64,000 nucleotides of DNA from an uncultured Gammaproteobacteria bacterium (GTDB taxonomy: Bacteria > Pseudomonadota > Gammaproteobacteria > UBA9214). The notes under the pieces were generated by a model. It worked only from the letters and a program-made list of their open reading frames with translations. It searched no databases and was not told the DNA's origin. Shown one piece after another: positions 22,097-32,294 of the stretch. Positions within the stretch are counted from its first letter, which is position 1. The number at the start of each line of letters is the position of its first letter. Both the position numbers and the translations under genes were made by a program. The stretch covers positions 1-64,000 of the forward strand of contig CAVYZN010000031.1 in NCBI GenBank assembly GCA_963773065.1. The letters run 5' to 3'.

Positions 22097-23100
22097 ATGG
22101 CAATCAGCACCTGTGACCCCACTGACTGAAGCCGAGCAGCAACTATTGAGGGTGGATTTTTGCGGCCTGCCGTTTGCCACGCCACTGGTGCTGCTATCCG
22201 GCTGTGTCGGTTTCGGCGAAGAATACACCCGCATCGCGGGTTTCTCCCACGGGGAGGTCGGTGCCGTGTGTCTCAAGGGAACAACCCTCGCGCCGCGCCT
22301 CGGCAATCCGCCCCACCGTATTGCCGAAACCCCCATGGGCATGCTGAACGCCATCGGGCTGCAAAACCCCGGCGTCGATCATGTCGTCAACGTGATCCTG
22401 CCGACGCTCGATTTTACCGAGACACGTTTTATCGCCAACGTCTCCGGCTCAACGGTTGAGGAATATACCGAGGTGACGGCTCGCTTTGACGATTCACCCA
22501 TCGACGCCATCGAGATCAACATCTCCTGCCCGAACGTCAAGGAAGGCGGCGTCGCCTTCGGCAATGACCCGAACATGTCCGCACGCGTGGTCAAAGCCTG
22601 CCGTAAGGTCACACAAAAACCCCTGATCACCAAGCTTTCGCCCAATCAAACCGACATCGCCGAAAACGCCCGGCGGTGCCTCGAGGCCGGCAGCGATGCC
22701 TTCGCCGTCATCAACACGCTGATGGGTATGGCCATCGACATCAAAACCCGCAAGCCGGTCATCGGCAACAACCAGGGCGGCCTCTCCGGCCCCGCCATCA
22801 AACCCATCGCCGTGCTTAAGGTGCACCAGGTCCACCAGGTCTGCAAGCCGCACGGTATCCCTATCATCGGTCAAGGAGGCATCACCAGCGCCGAGGACGC
22901 CATCGAGTTTCTCATTGCCGGTGCCAGCGCGGTCGGTGTCGGCACGGCGCTGTTCTACGACCCGCTGATGTGCAACAGCATCAACCAGGGCATCTCGACT
23001 TACCTGCATGAACATGGAACTCCGGCACGTCAGTGAGCTGAGCGGCAGCCTGTCACTGAACGGCAGCAGGTCGGCCCTTGCACCTGCTGGTACGGGGTAA
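22097..23100 (+). CDS. pyrD: dihydroorotate dehydrogenase, family 1B-type catalytic subunit (probable indels near both ends; intact ORF 22113-23036)
   Basis: GMLNAIGLQNPG, EINISCPN, KLSPN and GGLSGPAIKP. Confidence 0.9.
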
Positions 23101-23227
23101 TCAGGTGTCGTAGACAGATCTGCCCAGATTACCAGCCTTCCGAGCGGTACTGGATCACAAGCACGGCGTTGATCGGTGTTAAACAAGTTGTATGAGAGGC
23201 TCGATTTATTCAGTTTTTCACCCCGCG

Positions 23228-25192
23228 CTATGGCAACGGCAAATCCTCAACCGCCAGTGTCAGGTCATGTTTTCCTGCGGCTATGTGTTCGAACCTGTAG
23301 CGGCCATCACCGTCGGTAGTGGCGACATAGCGCTTGTCCAGATAGACAACAACGTCCCTGACCACCGACTCGCCTGCCTGGCGTATGCCATCGCCGTTCC
23401 CATCATAAAACACCAGGCCCGTGATATCCCCATAGCCATGCGCAGCGGTCTGCTGACCAAGCAATACGTATGGCCGGCCGCGTGATTCACTGTAGCGTAC
23501 ACTGAACAACAGGGTTTTCTCATCATCAGAGAAATCTGTTCCGATATTGTCGGCACCGGTGTCAAACTGATTCATCGTTACACGCAAACTGGCGTCCCAG
23601 TCCCGGAGAAAACGCCAGTACATCGCGAGCGAGGCAAACAGGTTGTTTTGTGTATTCTGCTCTCTACTGTTTACACGAACATAGGAAATATCCGCATCCC
23701 AGTTCAGGCTGGAGCTGATTTCATGACGCAGGAGCAAGGCGGCGGAACTGCGGCTTTCCTGATTATCGATCCCGGTTTCATTCTCACGAGAAAACGAGCT
23801 GGACAATGACAGATCCTGCCGCAGGTTCCAGTCCTGGTCCCATATGACGCCGTAGCCATTCCCCGTGTCATTCCCTTGTTCAAGACGGGAGGCGGAAATC
23901 TGCAAGCGGGAGGTTCCGATGGAAAAACCCCGGGAGATATAACCTGACACAACATAGTTGCGGCTTTCATCATCTGCGGAATTATCGCGTGGGCTGCTGC
24001 CGCGCACTGTCAGCGTGGAGCCGATGGTGGTTTTGTAAGTCACGCGCCAGGAGTCGTCTAGGAAGCCGTTGTACAGATAGTTATCCGGGCGTGTGGATGT
24101 GTTGTCTAGATTGGTGTCCACAAAGTCCAGTCCCGTGGTGAAGGCATTGCGCAGGCTTCGTGTTTCCGAACGGATATAAGCCCCCTGTTGATCGTTGGTC
24201 AGCGCCGTGTCAGCCCACAACAGATCGGGTTCGAGTCGGAACACGCCATAGCGGTTACGCCAGCGGTTGACACGCGTATCCCCATCGAGCCAGGCGCCGT
24301 TCTGCCCCTTGCTGTCAAACAGGAGGTGCGCCTTGTAGCGTTGCTGCTCATCAGGACTCTGGTATTCCACTGCTGAAGCAATGCTCTGATGGTCAGGAAC
24401 ATCAGCCGCATCTTCGAGATCCAGTGCATAAGTACCGATGCGCCACTGGCGGCCCAGGTCGCGATTATAGCCCAGGGAAAAGAGTTTCCCGTCGCTGGTA
24501 TCAAAACCCTCTATCTGGCCGGTGCCCAGCCGGCCGATGCGCCCGGAACTGATATCGATGATTGAGTCCTGGCCGGATATCCGGGTTTTGGCGCCAAGCA
24601 GCAGAGCCGACGGCAGGTTCATCCGGAAGCTGCTGCTTATCATGGAATCGGCATTGCTGCGCAGCACACCGGCCGTATTATCCATGATCTGGTGTTCATT
24701 CAGTGCGAAGTCGTACTGTCGCAGAGTAAATTGGGCGTTACCGGAATCATCCGTGAAGGATTGCTGATTGCCCTTGTGCAGGGTGCCGGCAAGATCAAAC
24801 TCCCCGTAGTTCAGGGTTTCACGACGCCAGTTGAGCAGTACACCGTTCTCCCAGTCATCGTATGGATCGCGTTTATCGCGGTAATACTGGTATTCAACGC
24901 TGAGAAAGCGGCGTCCCTCGGGTTCGGCCTCTTCTTCCATCAGTTCACTGTCGAACAGCCTGCTGTCCTGCCCGGGTTCGATTAGCTGATCCACATAGTT
25001 ATCTGCAGCCGCGACATCACCGGCGGCTTGCTCTGCTTGAGGTTGCGTTCCCTGCGTAACATCTGTTTGCGCAGCTACGGGCGGCGCCTCCTCTGCATGG
25101 CCCTGGGGAGGCATCCAGATTGCAGGCAATGACAGTAACAGCAGCGTTACGCCGGTTAGACCGTTCTGATTACGCGTGCGATCAGAGCGCAT
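23228..25192 (-). CDS. exported outer-membrane beta-barrel-like protein with C-terminal SdrD-B/Cna-B-like domain (usher-like), possibly C-terminally truncated
   Basis: Signal peptide ending GHA, alternating aromatic/polar beta-strand pattern, C-terminal GLVFYDGNGDG...ATTDGDGRYRF..IAAG. Confidence 0.65.
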   Translation of the reverse strand: MRSDRTRNQNGLTGVTLLLLSLPAIWMPPQGHAEEAPPVAAQTDVTQGTQPQAEQAAGDVAAADNYVDQLIEPGQDSRLFDSELMEEEAEPEGRRFLSVEYQYYRDKRDPYDDWENGVLLNWRRETLNYGEFDLAGTLHKGNQQSFTDDSGNAQFTLRQYDFALNEHQIMDNTAGVLRSNADSMISSSFRMNLPSALLLGAKTRISGQDSIIDISSGRIGRLGTGQIEGFDTSDGKLFSLGYNRDLGRQWRIGTYALDLEDAADVPDHQSIASAVEYQSPDEQQRYKAHLLFDSKGQNGAWLDGDTRVNRWRNRYGVFRLEPDLLWADTALTNDQQGAYIRSETRSLRNAFTTGLDFVDTNLDNTSTRPDNYLYNGFLDDSWRVTYKTTIGSTLTVRGSSPRDNSADDESRNYVVSGYISRGFSIGTSRLQISASRLEQGNDTGNGYGVIWDQDWNLRQDLSLSSSFSRENETGIDNQESRSSAALLLRHEISSSLNWDADISYVRVNSREQNTQNNLFASLAMYWRFLRDWDASLRVTMNQFDTGADNIGTDFSDDEKTLLFSVRYSESRGRPYVLLGQQTAAHGYGDITGLVFYDGNGDGIRQAGESVVRDVVVYLDKRYVATTDGDGRYRFEHIAAGKHDLTLAVEDLPLP

Positions 25193-25370
25193 TGAGCCCA
25201 AAGCATCCCGAGCCGTTTGACTTTTGGAAACACTTATGCCGGCTCAGTGCAATGTCTTTCGGGTGCCGGTACCAGCACTGCTGGCACGGCGATTGAAACA
25301 CACCGGATTAAATGCGTCTACAAAAAACGCGGGTGGTATGGCTGTGGCGATACTGCGAGTGGTTGGCGGC

Positions 25371-26783
25371 TCAGGCAGTTTCCTGCAGACCGAATTCCTT
25401 CAGCTTGCGGGTCAGAGTATTGCGGCCCCAACCCAGCAGGCGTGCCGCCTCCTGGCGCCGCCCGCTGGTGTGTTGCAGTGCCGTTTCAATCATGATGCGC
25501 TCAAATGCGGGCGTGGCCTCATCCAGCAGATGCTCGCGACCTTCCACAAGTTGCTGACGGGCCCATTTACGCAACTGAGGTTGCCAGTCCCCTTCCGCTG
25601 TCGCCATATGGCGGGATTGGGTGGTCAGTTCATCTGGCAGATCCTCAGCCCGTATTTCCTGTCCCGGCGCCATCACTGTCAGCCAGCGGCACAGGTTCTC
25701 CAACTGGCGGACATTTCCCGGCCAGTCCAGTTGCATTAGGATTTTCTCGACGTCCTGACTGACTTGTTTTGCCTCAACCTCGAGCTCCTTTGCCGCCAAC
25801 CCCAGAAAATGGCGCATCAGCACCGGGATATCCTCGCGACGCTCACGCAACGGGGGTATATGGATGCGGATCACATTCAGGCGGTGAAACAGGTCTTCCC
25901 GGAAATAGCCGTCTTTCACGCGCTTTTCCAAGTCTTGGTGCGTGGCGGCAATAATGCGCACATTAACCTTCTTCGGCGTATGCGCGCCAACGGGATAAAA
26001 TTCACCATCCGCCAGCACCCGCAGCAAGCGGGTTTGCAGTTCCGCCGGCATGTCGCCAATCTCGTCCAGCATCAGGGTTCCGCCATCGGCCTGCTCGAAA
26101 CGGCCGGTACGGCGGCTTTGCGCGCCGGTAAACGCGCCACGCTCATGCCCGAACAACTCGGACTCCAGCAGGTCACGCGGTATGGCTGCCATGTTGAGCG
26201 CCACAAACGGTTTATCTGCTCGCAAGCTATGCCGATGCAGCGCCAATGCGACCAGTTCCTTGCCGGTGCCTGACTCCCCGTTGATCAGGACTGTTGCATT
26301 GGAATGCGCCAGTCGCCCGATGGCGCGAAACACTTCCTGCATGGCCGGGGCCCGGCCGACAATCTCGGGTGCATGCTGTTTGCTATCGATGATGACCTCT
26401 GCCTGTTGCTTCTCCCGCACTTTCAGGGCGCGGCGCGCCAGTGCTATGGCATCATCGACATCAAACGGTTTCGGCAGATATTCAAAGGCGCCGCCTTTGT
26501 AGGCGGAAACCGCACTGTCTAAATCGGAATGTGCGGTCATGATGATAACCGGCAGTTTCGGATATGAAGTGCCAATCCGTTCCAGGAGTTCCAGTCCGTC
26601 TATGTCAGGCATGCGGATATCTGAAATTATCACGGCCGGCTCTTCCTTCTCCAGCGCTTGCATCGCCTTGGTACCGGAATCAAAACTGGCTACATTCATC
26701 CCGGCCTTCTCCAGCGCCTTTTCCAGTACCCAGCGTATCGAATTGTCGTCGTCAATAATCCAGATTATCTGGCTATGGCTCAT
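25371..26783 (-). CDS. glnG: nitrogen regulation protein NR(I), NtrC
   Basis: REC domain, GESGTGKE, GAFTGA, WPGNVRQLEN and C-terminal LGWGRNTLTRK HTH. Confidence 0.97.
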   Translation of the reverse strand: MSHSQIIWIIDDDNSIRWVLEKALEKAGMNVASFDSGTKAMQALEKEEPAVIISDIRMPDIDGLELLERIGTSYPKLPVIIMTAHSDLDSAVSAYKGGAFEYLPKPFDVDDAIALARRALKVREKQQAEVIIDSKQHAPEIVGRAPAMQEVFRAIGRLAHSNATVLINGESGTGKELVALALHRHSLRADKPFVALNMAAIPRDLLESELFGHERGAFTGAQSRRTGRFEQADGGTLMLDEIGDMPAELQTRLLRVLADGEFYPVGAHTPKKVNVRIIAATHQDLEKRVKDGYFREDLFHRLNVIRIHIPPLRERREDIPVLMRHFLGLAAKELEVEAKQVSQDVEKILMQLDWPGNVRQLENLCRWLTVMAPGQEIRAEDLPDELTTQSRHMATAEGDWQPQLRKWARQQLVEGREHLLDEATPAFERIMIETALQHTSGRRQEAARLLGWGRNTLTRKLKEFGLQETA

Positions 26784-27859
26784 TGTTTGTTATCCAGTGG
26801 AAGTAAAATGGTGAACACGGTTTTACCTGGTCTGCTGCTGCATTCAATGAGACCCTGATGCCGGCTGATCAGTGACTGCGCGATGGAAAGTCCGAGGCCG
26901 GTACCGTCGCTGCGGGTCGTTATCATGGGGTAGAAAATCTTTTCACGCAGTTCCTCATCGATGCCCGGACCGTTGTCGATCACCTGTACGCAGGCCACCA
27001 GCCGGTGTCGCCGGCTGCCGATGTTGAACTGTCGTCTTACACGGGTACGCAGGGTAATCTCACCTTCGCCACCCAATGCCTGGACGGCGTTACGGACGAT
27101 ATTCAACACGGCCTGAACCAGCAGGTCCGGGTCAGCCTGCAATTCAGGCAGGCTAGGATCATAATCCTTGGTGATTTTCAGACCGGTGTTTACTTCGATC
27201 AGGACGAGATCGCTTACGCGTTCCAGGATATGGTGAATATTCACGGCCTGTATGCTGGGTATATTCTTCGGCCATAACATTCGATCGATGAGGTTTTGCA
27301 GGCGGTCCGCCTCACGAATGATGATCTGCGTATATTCCTTCAGCTCATCGCCCTCAACCTCCCTCTCCAGCAACTGTGCAGCACCCCGCAGCCCGCCGAG
27401 CGGATTCTTGATTTCATGGGCAAGACCTCGCAGGAGTGCATGTGTGGCTTCCTGCTGTATCATCAGGTGTTCTTCCTGCTCGATGCGCATGAGATGATCA
27501 ACCTTGCGCAGTTCCAGCATCACCCCGGCAAATTCTCCCGGAATGCTAACCGGCGTGTGCGTGCAATTGACAATCAACGGGGCATGTCCATTATGTAAAT
27601 CCAGCCGGCACCCGCGTTGCATGACTACTTGCCTTGTTTCCAGCGTACCGATCAAGTGCTGGGTAATCATATCCGCATTGGTGATGAGTTCCTGGAGTGA
27701 CTTGCCACGGGCATGGCGTACACTCTGCGCCAACATCACCTCGCCTGCGGGATTGATGTAGCGCAACCGTAACTGGTCATCAAACAATAAAACGGCTGTA
27801 TTCAGGTATTCGAGCAGTCGTTCAGGGTGGAATTCAGGAAAAGGTTGACTGCCTGACAT
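26780..27859 (-). CDS. glnL: nitrogen regulation protein NR(II), NtrB
   Basis: PAS domain, LAHEIKNPLGGLRGAAQLL, DYDPSLP and DNGPG. Confidence 0.96.
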   Translation of the reverse strand: MSGSQPFPEFHPERLLEYLNTAVLLFDDQLRLRYINPAGEVMLAQSVRHARGKSLQELITNADMITQHLIGTLETRQVVMQRGCRLDLHNGHAPLIVNCTHTPVSIPGEFAGVMLELRKVDHLMRIEQEEHLMIQQEATHALLRGLAHEIKNPLGGLRGAAQLLEREVEGDELKEYTQIIIREADRLQNLIDRMLWPKNIPSIQAVNIHHILERVSDLVLIEVNTGLKITKDYDPSLPELQADPDLLVQAVLNIVRNAVQALGGEGEITLRTRVRRQFNIGSRRHRLVACVQVIDNGPGIDEELREKIFYPMITTRSDGTGLGLSIAQSLISRHQGLIECSSRPGKTVFTILLPLDNKQ

Positions 27860-27871
27860 AGTAGGTTTTAA

Positions 27872-27888
27872 TGCAAAAACCAAACCAG
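27872..27888 (-). promoter_or_regulatory. sigma54 -24/-12 promoter for ntrBC
   Basis: Minus strand CTGGTTTGGTTTTTGCA has GG-N10-GC spacing. Confidence 0.6.
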
Positions 27889-28003
27889 ATTCTGCCAATC
27901 ATTGCGCTTTGTGAATAGTTTTAAAAAACTTCTATTAATCAACTTGTTTCAAAGAGCCACATCATCTTTATTTATTTATAGAATAATATCCAAAAATGAA
28001 TTT

Positions 28004-28020
28004 TGCACCATAACGGGGCG
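28004..28020. promoter_or_regulatory. NtrC binding site upstream of ntrB
   Basis: TGCACCATAACGGGGCG resembles TGCAC-N7-GTGCA and lies about 115-130 bp upstream of the sigma54 site. Confidence 0.6.
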
Positions 28021-28063
28021 CAATGCCATAGTATAGAGACGCCTTGCATTTGCATCCGAAACA

Positions 28064-28690
28064 CTAAGTTGGTGCGAATCCTATCGAATGCCAGGCATCG
28101 GTTGAGGTTTTGGCTGGGGTTTCGGTACGGGTTTGGACGGGTTTCGGCTGGGGTATTGGCTTGACGTTAAGTGGATTGTTGGGGTTCAGAATGGATTCCC
28201 GATGGAGGTGGAAAGCTACCGGATCACTAGTCATCACCGAATCACCCTTGGCATCAAGGATGCTCGCTGACAGGGTATAGGAACCGCGATCAAGATTGCT
28301 GAAGCTGATTGAGGTGTTACTTACCGGTATGCCTTTGGGTTCACCATTGAGGTAGAACTGGATCTTGTGACCCTGTTTGGTCATGAGGGGAGGTGCCAGC
28401 AAGATTCGAACCCGAACCACACCCTGATTATCCCGTATGGTGGCATCGTTCTCGGGTTCGAGTATCTTCATGCTCTCGTAGAGACTCGGTACCGGTGTGC
28501 TCTCGGGTGTACTCGACAACTGGGGCAGTGGGGGTGCCGTGTAGGTAGGCAGTTCCGGTAATTTCATCCGTTCCGCTTTCGGCATCGGCTGATCACTGTA
28601 AGTGACTTCACCCCTGTCATTGACAGACTTGTAGACGTCCGCCTGGGCAATTCCAGCCAGCAGCATCAGTAATAGAGGTAAACGTTTCAT
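28064..28690 (-). CDS. DUF4124 domain exported protein
   Basis: Signal peptide then ADVYKSVNDRGEVTYSDQP, with an Ig-like C-terminal part. Common position between glnA and ntrB. Confidence 0.8.
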   Translation of the reverse strand: MKRLPLLLMLLAGIAQADVYKSVNDRGEVTYSDQPMPKAERMKLPELPTYTAPPLPQLSSTPESTPVPSLYESMKILEPENDATIRDNQGVVRVRILLAPPLMTKQGHKIQFYLNGEPKGIPVSNTSISFSNLDRGSYTLSASILDAKGDSVMTSDPVAFHLHRESILNPNNPLNVKPIPQPKPVQTRTETPAKTSTDAWHSIGFAPT

Positions 28691-28778
28691 AAACTCACCA
28701 TAATCTGGGTACCTTATCGATACAATACAGATTATCAGCAATTCTTACCAATTAGTCGGTACACCGTCTAATAACAAC

Positions 28779-28805
28779 AAAAAAGCGCCCCGGAAAGGGG
28801 CGCTT
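28779..28805 (-). terminator. rho-independent terminator after glnA
   Basis: Minus strand AAGCGCCCC-TTTCC-GGGGCGCTT followed by a T run. Confidence 0.85.
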
Positions 28806-28827
28806 CCACTCGATACAACTAAAATAA

Positions 28828-30237
28828 CTATAGACTGTAGTACATATCGTACTCGACCGGATGAGTGGTCATGCGCAGGCGTGTGACTTCGCCCATCTTC
28901 AGATCGATATAACCGTCAATCATATCGTCAGAGAACACGCCGCCTGTCGTCAGAAATTTGCGATCGTTGTCGAGCGCATCAAGAGCCTGATCCAGTGCAT
29001 GACAGACTTTCGGGATCTTTTTCTCTTCTTCCGGCGGCAGATCGTACAGGTCCTTGTCCATGGCATCACCCGGATCGATCTTGTTCTTGATACCATCCAG
29101 ACCGGCCATCATCATCGCTGCAAAGGCAAAGTATGGATTGGCGCCTGGATCCGGGAAGCGTACCTCGATCCGTCGTGCCTGGGGATTGGAGTCGAATGGA
29201 ATACGGATGGATGCGGAACGGTTACGGGCTGAATAGGCGAGCATGACCGGCGCCTCGAAACCCGGCACTAGCCGCTTGTAACTGTTGGTGCCAGGGTTGG
29301 TGAAGGCATTCAGCGCACGCGCGTGCTTGAAGATACCGCCGATATAATACAGGGCCTGCTGCGACAACCCGCCATACTTGGTACCGGTGAAAATATTCTT
29401 CCCGTCCTTCGACAGCGACTGGTGCACATGCATGCCGCTGCCATTATCACCTACCAGCGGCTTGGGCATGAAGGTCGCTGTCTTGCCGTAGCCGTGGGCC
29501 ACGTTCATTACTACATACTTGAGTATCAGGACTTCATCAGCCTTGCGCACCATAGTGTTGAAACGCGTGCCGATTTCGCACTGTCCGGCAGTCGCCACCT
29601 CATGATGATGCACCTCCACGGGAACACCCATCTCTTCCAGAGCTAGGCACATGGCGCTCCGAATGTCATGCAGCGAATCAACCGGAGGAACCGGGAAATA
29701 GCCACCCTTGTTGGTAGGGCGATGCCCGATATTACCGTCCTCGTAGACACGCTCCGAATTCCAGGCAGCCTCGTCAGAATCCACCTTGTAGAAGGCGCCG
29801 CTGATATCGGCACCCCAGCGTACATCGTCGAGTATGAAAAACTCCGGCTCGGGACCGAAATAGGCGACATCGGCAATCTTGGTGGACTTGAGATATTCCT
29901 CGGCACGCCGAGCAATCGAACGCGGGTCGCGCTCATAACCCTTCATGGTTGTAGGTTCGAGAATATCGCAGCGAAGAATCAAGGTGGTTTCGTCACTGAA
30001 CAAATCCATGACGGCAGTTGATGTATCGGGCATCAGCACCATGTCTGACTCGTTGATTCCCTTCCATCCTGCAATGCTGGAACCATCGAACATTTTCCCA
30101 TCCTTGAAAAACTCGGGCTTGATGATACCCGCGGGCAGAGTGACATGCTGTTCCTTGCCCCGGGTATCGGCAAAGCGCAGATCAACATACTTGACCTCAT
30201 TATCCTTCAACATCTTCAATACTTTGGTGGCAGACAT
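28828..30237 (-). CDS. glnA: glutamine synthetase type I
   Basis: [42 protein letters not shown] and adenylylation site DLYDLP. Confidence 0.98.
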   Translation of the reverse strand: MSATKVLKMLKDNEVKYVDLRFADTRGKEQHVTLPAGIIKPEFFKDGKMFDGSSIAGWKGINESDMVLMPDTSTAVMDLFSDETTLILRCDILEPTTMKGYERDPRSIARRAEEYLKSTKIADVAYFGPEPEFFILDDVRWGADISGAFYKVDSDEAAWNSERVYEDGNIGHRPTNKGGYFPVPPVDSLHDIRSAMCLALEEMGVPVEVHHHEVATAGQCEIGTRFNTMVRKADEVLILKYVVMNVAHGYGKTATFMPKPLVGDNGSGMHVHQSLSKDGKNIFTGTKYGGLSQQALYYIGGIFKHARALNAFTNPGTNSYKRLVPGFEAPVMLAYSARNRSASIRIPFDSNPQARRIEVRFPDPGANPYFAFAAMMMAGLDGIKNKIDPGDAMDKDLYDLPPEEEKKIPKVCHALDQALDALDNDRKFLTTGGVFSDDMIDGYIDLKMGEVTRLRMTTHPVEYDMYYSL

Positions 30238-30334
30238 TACAACTCCTCCAGATTAAAACACTTCGAATTCACACACCGAGGTCATAGTGACAGCGGCTCT
30301 CTCGACAAATCTTGCGATACTCCATCCAAACAAG

Positions 30335-30349
30335 GCAGGAATTATGCCA
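30335..30349 (-). promoter_or_regulatory. sigma54 promoter of glnA
   Basis: Minus strand TGGCATAATTCCTGC (GG-N10-GC), about 100 bp upstream of the glnA start. Confidence 0.8.
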
Positions 30350-30413
30350 TGGAAAGGTTTAGAGGCAATTGCCAGTTTTTTCACGACATTAGGCGTCCTA
30401 CGCCCGAAACGAT

Positions 30414-30460
30414 TGCACTGTACTGGTGCATAAATTCAGACCAAGCACCACGATTGTGCG
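30414..30460. promoter_or_regulatory. tandem NtrC enhancer boxes for glnA
   Basis: TGCACTGTACTGGTGCA (30414-30430) and AGCACCACGATTGTGCG (30444-30460), 30 bp apart. Confidence 0.8.
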
Positions 30461-30529
30461 ACCAGGCTGCGAAGATACACCGGAACCTCCCCGATGTCTT
30501 GCGCCAGTTGATTGGTATGGATGCTGGCG

Positions 30530-30760
30530 TTAATACCCCGGCTGGCATCGGCCATGGGGAGAAAGACGTCCACGTTCCTCCGGATCGATGTGCATGGTCA
30601 TGCAGGAAACATCGTCGATCAGATCAATGAGCTTGGCGGCACCGAGTCCCCGATCCATTGGTCTTCTGACACGCTTGTCGACAAGTGATCCGATCAGCGT
30701 TACCTCATGCACAACCCGATAACGAGCCCTCCAGTTTTGGATATCATCTGTACTTTCCAC
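30530..30760 (-). pseudogene. remnant of a cation diffusion facilitator transporter
   Basis: N-terminal-like RYRVVHEVTLIGSLVD joined almost directly to C-terminal-like KLIDLIDDVSCMTMHIDPE; transmembrane core absent. Confidence 0.55.
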
Positions 30761-30767
30761 GCTTTGC

Positions 30768-31009
30768 TTATTTGGTGTCACCCAGGCGAATGGTGATCTC
30801 GATCTCGTCAGCTGTCTGCTGATCTCACACACCTTGTGGCCATGCACCCTGCACCAGGACGGAATGCCATAAATGACACACGGATCGGTGCAAAACACAC
30901 GTACAACATCGCCTGTGCGCAGTCGTGCAACACTATCCTGAGTGCGGATTACGGGCAGCGGACAGAGCAGATATCTAGCATCAACGGTCTCGCTACTAAC
31001 AGATTCCAC
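30768..31009 (-). pseudogene. TusA-family sulfur carrier, probably degraded
   Basis: VDARYLLCPLPVIRTQD (CPxP) and CTDP...IPSWCRVHGH, with a frameshift before the natural stop. Confidence 0.65.
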
Positions 31010-31886
31010 TCTGAAGGGATCTGCTCTGATGGCAAGGGTGTTACCTGGTAATTCCGGGAAGCGCCATTTTTTTCTGTCTCCTCCATGGTGGCCTTCGCGG
31101 CATCACGGCGCTTATAATATCGTGCGGGAATACGCACAGCCAATTCAAGATCATCTGGACGTGCTTCACCGTCATGCATCACCAGCGGCCCCCGTATAGT
31201 TGACTGGGGCCATGCGCACAAAACGCCTGCGGTAGCCTTCAAGATAGCGGTTTTCATCTTCCTCGCATCCTACAATTAGCTTGAAATAGGATCGCGATTA
31301 CAGATGTCGCCCTACTTTGAGGAGAATAATGTTATCCGGTTCATAGTGTGTTCCACATGCGTTTCACACAGGTCTGCTAGTTTGCGAAAATACTGTCTGT
31401 CAATGAGTAAGCACCAGCCTCCCGCCGGCTGCGCGAATCCTCAATGCCATAGTGCCGCGCAAGGGCCATCTGCGGCTTGTGCGAACGGCCGTTTAAATCA
31501 TGCATTTTCCCACGGTTCAAACAACCTGCCCGTTCCTGAAGCGTCGGCGTCAGGTTCCTTGAACACAGCGCGCGCACCAGGCGGTCGTGCGCACCGGAAT
31601 CACGCGCGACCACCGGCATGTTGACGCGCCGTTGTGACTAGGGACACTGCCCGATAACTTCATCGGTGACGATGAAAGCAAATCGGCGCTCATTCATCCA
31701 TGCATGCGCCTTTATGGCCATGAAGATCTTGCAATCCAGACAGAGGTTCAGGTTGGCGCCATAACCATGTTACGGTTGATAACGACCTGTTTAGATTCAT
31801 CGATGATTTGCAGCCTGATGCCCAGTTGCTCCGCCACCCACAGGGCATTATTGCGGTTGGGCCGCGGCTTTAAATTGTTTGCTCAT
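31000..31886 (-). pseudogene. eroded ThiI/MnmA-like PP-loop tRNA thiolation family gene
   Basis: Fragments MSKQFKAA, NRNNALWVAEQLGI, GYGANLNLCLDCKIFM, EVIGQCP*SQRR, RLVRALC, GRSHKPQMALA and DDLELAVRIPARY, with stops and indels. The PP-loop is missing. Confidence 0.75.
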
Positions 31887-32294
31887 GACAGCATTGGATC
31901 GAGGTTTTTTCTGATTCAATCGTTCACAGCGATAAGCTTGAATACACGACAGATCCCATCCATGAAAAATATGCATGCTGCGGCTTTAACACGAAGAATC
32001 ATAACTGCCACTGCGCCTGAGGTGGGAGCGAGAATCAGATGCTTCATGCTTTTACTCCGCTTGAGCCATGGTAACCTGATCGACATCCCGAAAGGATGCT
32101 TTAGCCCCCCCGCGTGGTGATGCCCGCTAACATGCCAGTTCACTGAAGGTTTGCCATAATGACATGGAGATCAACCGTCAGCTGAAAAAATTCCAGGCTC
32201 ACTTGGGTCAGTGGGGAATTTTGCCGCACTGCACGTTATACTCCCCGCTCTGCGACTCCGTTTAAACCAACCATGATCAGTTTGAACCTTACCC

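Noticed and set aside
23101-23220. Minus-strand peptide SLSYNLFNTDQRR resembling a Csu/SCPU pilin motif downstream of the usher-like gene
   Set aside because: The match is too short and has no start or signal peptide. It could be chance or the deleted tail of the upstream gene.
31349-31370. TGTTCCACA / GTTTCACA as an additional parS
   Set aside because: Only half-sites; no 16-bp palindrome.
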